The translations under genes and the position numbers were made by a program. Positions 57,801 to 64,000 of a stretch of 64,000 nucleotides of DNA are shown one piece after another. Origin of the DNA: Flavobacteriaceae bacterium. Its GTDB lineage: Bacteria > Bacteroidota > Bacteroidia > Flavobacteriales > Flavobacteriaceae. Each line of letters opens with the position of its first letter. Positions within the stretch are counted from its first letter, which is position 1. The DNA lies in NCBI GenBank assembly GCA_049596815.1, contig JBMYLY010000002.1, positions 415 through 64,414 of the forward strand. Reading direction: 5' to 3'. The notes under the pieces were generated by a model that was not told where the DNA came from, did no database searches, and was given only the letters and a program-made list of their open reading frames with translations.

Positions 57801-60040
57801 CGGCAAAACTAGAGGTCGTGCCGCTTCCCGCTGCTCCGATTTTGTCGAGTTCTAAATTTGGGTTTTGTATAGACGACAGCCCTACTGTTGGGGGCCTTAT
57901 GGGAGCCATTGCAAGCAGCGTTTTGGTCTACGACTCATCCACTGCAACCAGCCCATTGGCGACTACAGATTTGTTGAATGCTGGAACCTACCATGTGAGT
58001 GCAATAGATGTCTTGGGGTGTGAAAGTACCAATCGTACAGAAGTGGAGGTGATTATTGAAGAAATCCTATTGGAAGAATCCAACATTCTACACCAAGAAT
58101 GTGACCAAACAGACGGGGTTCTGGATCTTAAAGTGCTGACCAACCTTCGTGCGTTTGAGCCTACTATTTCTGCAAACCACACCCACCAACAGTTTGGTTA
58201 TTTCTACGATGCCGCACACACCAACCCCTTGCCCGACCCTTCCAACCACATCAATGTAGACCCCTCAGATGGAATTACCCCATTGTTCACGCAAACTATT
58301 TATATAAAAATCGAATCTGTTTTTGATTCTGATGTGTTGGTTGTAGGAAGTTGCGAAGCCACCGCCGAAATTGTCTTAGAGACATCGCTTAGCCAAATTC
58401 CCACTTCCTTTAATACGTCCTTTTATGCTTGTGAAAGTGGCAACCCAGCTGAAATTGATGGGAAAACATCTTTTAACGCTTCTATCTTTAGCGACCTTAA
58501 CACCGATCTTTTGGCCATTCCTGTCTTTGCCGCACAACCCAACTTGGTCATTCGCTATTACGGTTCAGAGGCGGATGCTCAAGACAAAGTAAATCCCATT
58601 CAAACTAGCATAGATTATATGAATCAAAATCCGGTAGCTGACGGTAATAATTGGACAGACGAAATTTGGGCCAATATTTCTGTTGAAGCCTCAGGGTCCT
58701 TTACTTGTTTTGGCTTTGCGAAAGTAGCAACCTTATACATAGAACGTTTGCCAATCGCCCACCCGATAAATGCACTAAAGGTGTGTGACAATGACAACGA
58801 CGACGCCAACCTATACCCCTTTGACACCTCAACTGTAAACAGTCAGTTGCTTATGGGACAAACGGGGGTCGCGGTTTCTTTTTGGGACACTAGTGGAAAC
58901 CTACTCTACAATGACGCCCTGCCCAACCCATACAACGCCCCTTCTCAAACATTAATTGCGCGCGTGGAAAACAATCCCTCATTGAATACCCCTGCCTGTT
59001 ATGAAGAAAGGTCTTTTGGGTTTGTCATAGATGATGCCCCAGGTTTTTATCCCGTATCAGACTTTATATTGTGTGACGATAGTGATGGGCTTATTGATAA
59101 TGCAGCAATTTTTGATACCCGCAACTTAGAGGCAGACATTCTGAACGGACAAGTAGGCATGGAGGTGTTTTACTACGACCCTCTTGGCAATGCCCTGAGC
59201 GCCCCTTTGCCTGAAGACTTTAAAACGGGTACTATTGATATTACGGTTGAAATTGTCAATCCTGCCAACCCCAGTTGTCCGGCAACGGGAGTGGTTTCGT
59301 TTGTGGTCAATGAAAATCCAGACTTTGAGTTAGATTCCGACAACGTGTTGTGCCTGAATGAGGTGTCTATGACCATCGGAATAAGCAACCCCGCGGACAC
59401 ATATGCCTATACTTGGGAGCTTGACGGAACCCCTTTGCCCGATGTGACCGAAGAAATTGAAATTTTTCAGGGTGGCACCTATAGCATTACAGCTACAAGC
59501 GCAGAAGGTTGTACAACAACCAAGTCCATCTTTGTATTAGAATCTGAACTCGCCCAACTCAGTCAAGGCGCCCTAATCGTCAGCGACCTAACGCCTAACA
59601 GCGAGAACACCGTCAGTGTAGATGTGACAATGCTTGGCGTTGGCGAATATGAGTATTCACTAGACTATGGCCTGCTTCAAGACAGCCCGACTTTCGAAAA
59701 CGTTCGTCCCGGTATCCACGTGCTTTCTGTAAGAGACATAAACGGCTGTGGGACTGCTTATATTGACCTATCCGTAATTGGATACTACAAATATTTCTCC
59801 CCCAACAACGACGGCATCAATGACTATTGGAAGGTGTTGGGAATAGACGGCACCTTTTACAACAGCTCAAAGGTTTATATTTTTGACCGCTATGGGCGCT
59901 TGTTGTCACAGCTCCAAAACGATAGCCCGGGTTGGGACGGTTATTTTAAAGGCAGCCCCATGCCCGCCGATGACTATTGGTTTCGGGTGGAGCTAGATGA
60001 TGGTCGCGCGTTTGACGGTCACTTTAGCTTAATGCGTTAA
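54896..60040 (+). CDS. giant (1714 aa) cell-surface protein with a T9SS type-B C-terminal sorting domain
   Basis: The C-terminus YFSPNNDGINDYWKVLGI...YIFDRYGRLL...GWDGYFKGSPMPADDYWFRV is the gliding-motility-associated CTD. There are two Asp-rich calcium-binding-like repeats (DSDGVVNNIDLDNDNDGVLD near 56669..56745, DADSDGDNCPD near 57323..57410). The ORF opens on TTG. Confidence 0.8.
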   Translation: MRRVILLIVCLLWGTHYLWGQLSTQHYIPPVPDLVFEDAYLYVSTPHPNVTFTLKPVGGLESSWVSQTIDNANSAKIPLTVNEIPILGQVSVDPSFFTNNHVYDDIGYVLTADREVYVSLRLKTTNHAGALVSKGVDGLGKSFRVGGMERKEEYVPFVAFGDWSFFSIMATKDATIVNFEDVDPLLVAENLNGSLPASITLDESETYLALFNGQNNERFIGTHVKSQNHDIIVNSGSIIGSFSDEILDPAALPDGLFMGETTAYLNGSDMGFDQMVSLDRGVDANEYLLIKGDGFDSIENALVIANEPNTAIYLNGGSTVYTTLVNAGDHVFIEGNEFVSGGGIGYLQISGDKNIYVFQGTGKKGADINGAGTIHWYGANQGMFFVPPLSCASVGDVQSIARIDEVDDAATFFGSLFVISTGGSTVEVDGLDINDYPSVQTVGGITADSRTYQVHRVDNLLGDVSVVGSEELYVSYYNYNGNATSGAFYSGFALEPRIYPEITLDALGVCFDPVNGTNVTLNLPNSTNYDGWKWQKQDTTGAWNDILSGASDPDTYIPTEYGIYRVEVNINCLAPSNIIYSDPLTVSVCPPDFDSDGVVNNIDLDNDNDGVLDAVESYGNFEVDLTLSPPQINAPGVPSSDVPVLQQTITTPNGVFTPFTDGRFTSFLPTASLTSNETLVYKLSPSMAGAVHLKFSLSGPIPTESDVSYVLESIDPSESITLLNPSDELELLMNGVYISGQTQFNGSKIEFRFNTAIAGTDPADFSFMVYNTSGLKFTHVNLSTANTTTFNGVFEVINLDRLSDGDVSPDIFDADSDGDNCPDVLEAGFIDGDNDEKVLVGPLTFDDGTVDSRGRVIGHDYTQTPADNDANGVYDFQEFGSITIGAQPVDTTHCDGDSALFQVTSNGTYYQWQVWDASGMWTDLSDGGGYSGTTTYQLQIDNLSTGLNATEYRVAIWNDALVCPEFSDPAKLEVVPLPAAPILSSSKFGFCIDDSPTVGGLMGAIASSVLVYDSSTATSPLATTDLLNAGTYHVSAIDVLGCESTNRTEVEVIIEEILLEESNILHQECDQTDGVLDLKVLTNLRAFEPTISANHTHQQFGYFYDAAHTNPLPDPSNHINVDPSDGITPLFTQTIYIKIESVFDSDVLVVGSCEATAEIVLETSLSQIPTSFNTSFYACESGNPAEIDGKTSFNASIFSDLNTDLLAIPVFAAQPNLVIRYYGSEADAQDKVNPIQTSIDYMNQNPVADGNNWTDEIWANISVEASGSFTCFGFAKVATLYIERLPIAHPINALKVCDNDNDDANLYPFDTSTVNSQLLMGQTGVAVSFWDTSGNLLYNDALPNPYNAPSQTLIARVENNPSLNTPACYEERSFGFVIDDAPGFYPVSDFILCDDSDGLIDNAAIFDTRNLEADILNGQVGMEVFYYDPLGNALSAPLPEDFKTGTIDITVEIVNPANPSCPATGVVSFVVNENPDFELDSDNVLCLNEVSMTIGISNPADTYAYTWELDGTPLPDVTEEIEIFQGGTYSITATSAEGCTTTKSIFVLESELAQLSQGALIVSDLTPNSENTVSVDVTMLGVGEYEYSLDYGLLQDSPTFENVRPGIHVLSVRDINGCGTAYIDLSVIGYYKYFSPNNDGINDYWKVLGIDGTFYNSSKVYIFDRYGRLLSQLQNDSPGWDGYFKGSPMPADDYWFRVELDDGRAFDGHFSLMR

Positions 60041-60069
60041 AACGCCTATCTTTACACAAACTATTTGAA

Positions 60070-60261
60070 ATGGCTACATATACATGCAATCAGTGTGGCA
60101 TGGCGGTCAACGCGAGTTGCGCCAAGTGTGACGCCCCTCTGCAAGACAGCAGCATCACCACAGACGACGGAAGTACTGTACAAGTATCTCAATGCCCTAC
60201 TTGCGAGGGCATGATCAAATCTCCCTTGTGTTGCGGGGCTGATATGTCGTGTGAGGTATAA
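60070..60261 (+). CDS. 63-aa cysteine-rich metal-binding miniprotein (three CxxC pairs plus CCGADM)
   Basis: It has nine Cys residues at positions 6, 9, 17, 20, 42, 45, 54, 55 and 61. The N-terminal YTCNQCG and C-terminal PLCCGADM resemble the two halves of the desulforedoxin Fe(Cys)4 site. Confidence 0.55.
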   Translation: MATYTCNQCGMAVNASCAKCDAPLQDSSITTDDGSTVQVSQCPTCEGMIKSPLCCGADMSCEV

Positions 60262-60274
60262 GGTTTTTTAACCC

Positions 60275-60886
60275 ATGAAAAAAGCCCCTATAACTGTTTT
60301 TGGAGATTGGGCCGAAAGTGGCCGTGACCAAGGTATGGCTGCAGGACACCTTCCGGCAGTAAGCCATATGCTTGGGTTGGCGCTAGAAGGACTACAAAAC
60401 TTTGATTTTGTTGATGCGGGCTGTGGCAACGGCTGGGTGGTGCGCAAAGTGTCACAATGGGCCCAATGTAGGAGTGCCACAGGAGTTGACGGGGCACAAA
60501 AGATGATTGAAAAAGCAAAGTCTATTGACGCCATCAACACCTATGTTTGTGCCGATCTGATGGACTGGCAGCCTCAAGTCCCCGTAGATTTGGTGCATTC
60601 GATGGAGGTATTTTATTACCTCCCCAAGCCCGATCTACTCCTCCAAAACATATACAAGCATTGGCTTAAAGACCACGGACGTCTTATCATGGGAATTGAT
60701 TTTTATTCCGAAAACACCGTCTCACACAGCTGGCCCGAAGATTGTGGTATTGCGGGTATGCAGCTATTATCTGAAGCAGAATGGTGTGCGTTTTTTGAAA
60801 AAGCAGGGTTTACAGAAGTGCATTCTTGGCGCTTTGAGGCTAAAAAAGACTGGGCAGGCACGCTGGTAGTAATGGGGACAAAATAA
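60275..60886 (+). CDS. class I SAM-dependent methyltransferase
   Basis: It has motif I (VDAGCGNGWVV), is 203 aa, and is followed by a perfect 10-bp hairpin. Confidence 0.75.
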   Translation: MKKAPITVFGDWAESGRDQGMAAGHLPAVSHMLGLALEGLQNFDFVDAGCGNGWVVRKVSQWAQCRSATGVDGAQKMIEKAKSIDAINTYVCADLMDWQPQVPVDLVHSMEVFYYLPKPDLLLQNIYKHWLKDHGRLIMGIDFYSENTVSHSWPEDCGIAGMQLLSEAEWCAFFEKAGFTEVHSWRFEAKKDWAGTLVVMGTK

Positions 60887-60910
60887 AACCCCTTCAAATA
60901 GAAGGGGTTT
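60886..60910. terminator. bidirectional hairpin terminator between convergent genes
   Basis: AAACCCCTTC-AAATA-GAAGGGGTTT forms a perfect 10-bp stem with A/T runs on both sides. It lies between the methyltransferase stop (60886) and the lipoprotein stop (60936). Confidence 0.7.
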
Positions 60911-60935
60911 AATCCGTGCAAAATATTATAAATAC

Positions 60936-62198
60936 TTAATATACTGTAAGTTGAAAGTCAGACGAGACTATTAACTCTTGGTCTGGAGTCATTAAGTAGA
61001 ATAACATTGAGCTGTATGTGTTAGATCCCTGTGGTGGAATTTCCACCGTGTACTCTTTGGGATCTGTTCCAGAAATTGTAAGGGCATTTGTGTCATATGC
61101 TGGATCAACATTTGGCCACACATCGTATTCTATTCTGAAACGTACGTCTATATCAACTCCAGACGTTGCGGCTGTAAATGTTACACTGCCTCCATTAGGA
61201 AATGATAAAGGATATATGTATTCATTGTTATTGGCGAACCCAGCCCAGCTCTGAGCCGAGGAGGGCCATAGGTAAGTTGCCCCAAATGGATCGTAAGTAA
61301 CATTGCTTAATACGGCTCCATCAAAAGCTCCTGTGAAAAATGGGTTTGTTGAAGGGGCCCAGTCTGTACAAGGCACGTCTTCGGTGTACAACTGCGCGGT
61401 CCAGGTTTGGTTAAAAGCCGGGAAATCAAAATGTATTTCATTTTCGGAAAGGAAAGTAATGGTTTGGCAAAATCTAAATGGAAAAGTTCCAATACAAATT
61501 TGAAGTTCTTCAGTAGTGTTTAGTTCAATGTCAATGTCATCTCCGAAAGCATAAAAATCATTTTGTTCACACACATCATCAAGAGTAGTTCCAGTAATTC
61601 GGAATCCGTCATCTAAAAACATATAATAGTTTTTTTCATCATCGCAAGTACCACAAGTGTCTACCGTTTCAATTTGTTGAAATGTTTTGCCCTTAAGTCT
61701 TTCGAGGACCGTATCTTCTCCGTCGCCTACTGGGTCCCAGTCTTTACAGGGTGGTTCCTCCGTGTAACGTTGTGCTGTCCATGTTTCGCCAGCCGCAGGA
61801 AAGTCAAATTGTATTTCATCGTCAGAAAGGAAGGTTATCGTTTGACACAGGGACCCGAGACAAAGTGTGAGTTTTTGTGGTGTGTTTTCTTCCACTGTGG
61901 CACAATCTGCGCAATTCCCAATAGGTTGTATGTCATTCTGTTCACATACATCTTCATAGGTTGTACCTGTAATTTGTAATGCGTCTTTAGAAAAGATGTA
62001 GTAATTAATTTCATCTTCACAAGTTGCACAATCGCTTGTTTTTTCAACTTGTTGAAATGTACTTCCCTGAAGCCTTTCGAATACGTTTTGTTCCGGGGTT
62101 GGGGTTGGGGTTGGGTCGGGATCTTCTTCAGATGAAGATGAGCAAGCGCCCAGAACAAATAATAACAATAAGGATAAAATGTTTTTGGTGATTTTCAT
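60936..62198 (-). CDS. lipoprotein with two tandem Cys-rich ~120-aa repeats and a C-terminal beta-rich domain
   Basis: It has a lipobox (LFVLGAC) and a Pro/Thr linker. Repeat 1 (aa 38-156) and repeat 2 (aa 163-282) share blocks (ERL.G.TFQQ, NYY.F, ITGTT..DVCEQND, CQTITFLS..EI.FDFPA, TWTAQ.YTE..PC.DW). I make no family assignment. Confidence 0.6.
   Translation of the reverse strand: MKITKNILSLLLLFVLGACSSSSEEDPDPTPTPTPEQNVFERLQGSTFQQVEKTSDCATCEDEINYYIFSKDALQITGTTYEDVCEQNDIQPIGNCADCATVEENTPQKLTLCLGSLCQTITFLSDDEIQFDFPAAGETWTAQRYTEEPPCKDWDPVGDGEDTVLERLKGKTFQQIETVDTCGTCDDEKNYYMFLDDGFRITGTTLDDVCEQNDFYAFGDDIDIELNTTEELQICIGTFPFRFCQTITFLSENEIHFDFPAFNQTWTAQLYTEDVPCTDWAPSTNPFFTGAFDGAVLSNVTYDPFGATYLWPSSAQSWAGFANNNEYIYPLSFPNGGSVTFTAATSGVDIDVRFRIEYDVWPNVDPAYDTNALTISGTDPKEYTVEIPPQGSNTYSSMLFYLMTPDQELIVSSDFQLTVY
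61353..62087 (-). repeat. intragenic tandem duplication (2 x ~360 nt) inside the lipoprotein gene
   Basis: The two encoded ~120-aa units align collinearly with roughly half their positions identical by eye, including all key Cys residues. Confidence 0.7.
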
Positions 62199-62330
62199 TG
62201 TTTGTTAGTTAGCTATGAATGCAATATATGTATAAGATTTACTATTATTAAATTTTTTGCCTCTTACTTTTTAATTTTTATGTGTTTGACGAGATTAGAG
62301 TTAATAATTTCAATATAATTCAATAATTAA

Positions 62331-62364
62331 ACACAAAAGCGTCGAAAAATCAACGCTTTTGTGT
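62331..62364 (-). terminator. hairpin terminator after the 62380..63216 gene
   Basis: ACACAAAAGCGT-(10 nt)-ACGCTTTTGTGT forms a perfect 12-bp stem 16 nt downstream of the stop. An A/T-rich run follows on the transcribed strand. Confidence 0.7.
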
Positions 62365-62379
62365 ATTTGTTTGGAAGTG

Positions 62380-63216
62380 CTAATCACAACTTGTACAGCT
62401 GTTAAAGCATACCGCGTCTAGAGTCATATTTCCTTCTACTTGCAACACCCGATTGGTGTAAATATCCGTGGTCTGAGTACATGGAGAGCCGGGCTCAAAG
62501 CTTTCTTCAACAGCTTGATTGTCAAGAATAAATTTGTATTGAAGCTGTCCAGGGATCACCTCTATGGTGGTTGTATATACGCCGTCCCCGTCTTCGTCTG
62601 TCATAGTATTACATGTGCCACACCAATCATTAAATGAGCCAAAGACACCTACGTTGTTGTATTCTCCCTCGTAAGCAGACATGTCAACAGAAAGCGTAAC
62701 TGAAGCGAGGGTGGATGCGTTGTACTGGAAGACTCTGAAGTATTGTACTTTGTTGTCCTGGATATACACGTTGGCGTGATTTTGTTCGACGGTAGTTTCG
62801 CTTCCGTTATTGACTTGTAGGGAAAAGCCAGAGGTAATCCAATCTCCGTCAATGGGGTTTCCTTCCTGATTGATGAATTTTAACGGCACACCCCACTCAA
62901 GCAATACACTCACTTGTTCGTTTTCAGCAAACCAATTGGTGAGGAATCCTGCCAGTTGCTCTTTTCCATCGATGGTGAGCTCGCCCCCAGGGGCTTCAAT
63001 CCGTATGTTGTCGGCGGCAAGTGCCACAATGCCCTCCACATCGCCATCGGCATGCAATGCGCACCATTGTTTCCAAATGGAAACGCTGTTTTGACTGCCT
63101 TGGATAAAAGTGTTTTCTCGATCACCAGCAAATCCAAATTGTGAGGCGTCTTGGGCGTGTAAAGCAATCATTGGAAATGCCATTAGCGACAGGATCAAAA
63201 GTTTAATTTTTTTCAT
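62380..63216 (-). CDS. secreted protein: NTF2/SnoaL-like N-terminal domain plus CBM48/AMPK-beta-like carbohydrate-binding module
   Basis: It has a signal peptide. The C-terminal VTLSVDMS...VGVFGSFNDW...DGDGVYTTTIEVIPGQLQYKFILDN fits the glycogen-binding (E-set/CBM48) pattern. The N-terminal assignment is weaker. Confidence 0.5.
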   Translation of the reverse strand: MKKIKLLILSLMAFPMIALHAQDASQFGFAGDRENTFIQGSQNSVSIWKQWCALHADGDVEGIVALAADNIRIEAPGGELTIDGKEQLAGFLTNWFAENEQVSVLLEWGVPLKFINQEGNPIDGDWITSGFSLQVNNGSETTVEQNHANVYIQDNKVQYFRVFQYNASTLASVTLSVDMSAYEGEYNNVGVFGSFNDWCGTCNTMTDEDGDGVYTTTIEVIPGQLQYKFILDNQAVEESFEPGSPCTQTTDIYTNRVLQVEGNMTLDAVCFNSCTSCD

Positions 63217-63521
63217 GTTTTGTTGTTTTTAGTTTATTACAGTTGTTTTTTTTTGATTAATAAGTAAAAAGCCTAAGCCTTTCTGTTAGTTGAGCCTAAT
63301 ATATAAAAAAGTGGCGTGTTTATATGCGTAATGATTACAGCTTCCCTTAGCGCATAGGCTTTTTAGGGGTGTTTAATCGTCTTATGTCTGCAAGTTTTCT
63401 TAGCCGCTTTCGTAAAGTTGCCGTAATACTTTGTCTGGCCTGGTTGTTAAACTAGGTGCTGAGGTTGTACGCTCTGGAGAGGTTAGTGTTGTGTGTTTGG
63501 ATCGTAATTATTGGATTTTAC

Positions 63522-63564
63522 TTGGTTCACAATATGAACCATTTTGGTTTCCTTTGTGAACCAA
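63522..63564 (-). terminator. possible terminator or structured element after the 63600..63998 gene
   Basis: TTGGTTCACAA ... TTGTGAACCAA is a perfect 11-bp inverted repeat with a 21-nt spacer, 36 nt downstream of the stop. The loop is large and there is no obvious U-tract. Confidence 0.35.
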
Positions 63565-63599
63565 AGGTAAAAACTAGATTTTTTGGGTTTAACCCTGGT

Positions 63600-63998
63600 T
63601 CAAGTTCTTTTAGGACCATTGTTTTGAATTGTTATATGTAGAAAATAAAAAACTGTTCCCCCAATAATTGTCCATACAATATCATTCCAATCAAAAACCC
63701 CTCTTCCCGGAGTGTAAATTGTTATGAACTCATTTCCAATTAGACCAATCATAGAAATGATTATTGACAACTTTAATCTATTTCTGTAAATAGATGTATT
63801 AGGTTTAAAAATCTCTGGAATGGTTACATAAAACATACTTGGAAGACCAATACCTGGAAGGAAGTTGGGAATTACTCCAAGAAAATAAATTATAAGGTCA
63901 TTTCCTCCTTCATAATTTGGTCTGATGTAATCTTGAACTAATCCGAATGTTAAAAATGTAACTCCGAAAACTATGTAATACAAGTATTTTCTGTTCAT
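63600..63998 (-). CDS. small 4-TM membrane protein (hypothetical), very AT-rich
   Basis: 132 aa with four hydrophobic helices and no confident family. Hand counts of two 60-nt lines gave 25-37% GC. Confidence 0.45.
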   Translation of the reverse strand: MNRKYLYYIVFGVTFLTFGLVQDYIRPNYEGGNDLIIYFLGVIPNFLPGIGLPSMFYVTIPEIFKPNTSIYRNRLKLSIIISMIGLIGNEFITIYTPGRGVFDWNDIVWTIIGGTVFYFLHITIQNNGPKRT

Positions 63999-64000
63999 CT

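Noticed and set aside
63440-63500. A GGTGCTG... segment considered as the start of an SRP (4.5S) RNA or another small RNA
   Set aside because: The conserved SRP domain IV motif (GGAAGGAAGCAGC-like) is absent, and I found no tRNA-like T-arm (GGTTCGAATCC type) in any spacer of the window.

Overview
This 64-kb chromosomal segment looks like Bacteroidota (Flavobacteriia-like). The lineage call rests on GldH, a PorP/SprF protein, a giant protein with a T9SS type-B C-terminal sorting domain, a moxR-DUF58-batABCDE cluster, and many TAnnTTTG -7 promoter boxes. I call about 64 densely packed protein genes, most of them housekeeping. They include class Ia ribonucleotide reductase, recA, pheS, trpS, gpsA, gmk, nadD, PBP1A, two PlsC-type acyltransferases, and 8 of the 9 steps from glutamyl-tRNA to protoheme in two divergent operons. 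I saw no rRNA, tRNA, CRISPR array, transposase, integrase or prophage module. I found no clear multi-gene novel system. The observations most worth a second look are: (1) dprA reduced to two out-of-frame pieces with the whole Rossmann core missing; (2) two truncated genes joined head to head at 41.7-42.5 kb; (3) a low-GC single-gene insertion encoding an AlbA_2/Schlafen-like protein with an unassigned C-terminal half; (4) a 63-aa, 9-cysteine miniprotein with desulforedoxin-like CxxC...CCGxDM spacing next to a SAM methyltransferase; (5) a lipoprotein with an internal ~120-aa tandem duplication in an AT-rich right-hand end; (6) a sensor kinase and an AraC regulator embedded in the heme cluster; (7) -7 promoter boxes that directly abut start codons, suggesting leaderless mRNAs. 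CDS coordinates follow the supplied ORF track, and some starts are trimmed to internal ATGs. Motif coordinates were counted by eye and may be off by 1-2 nt.
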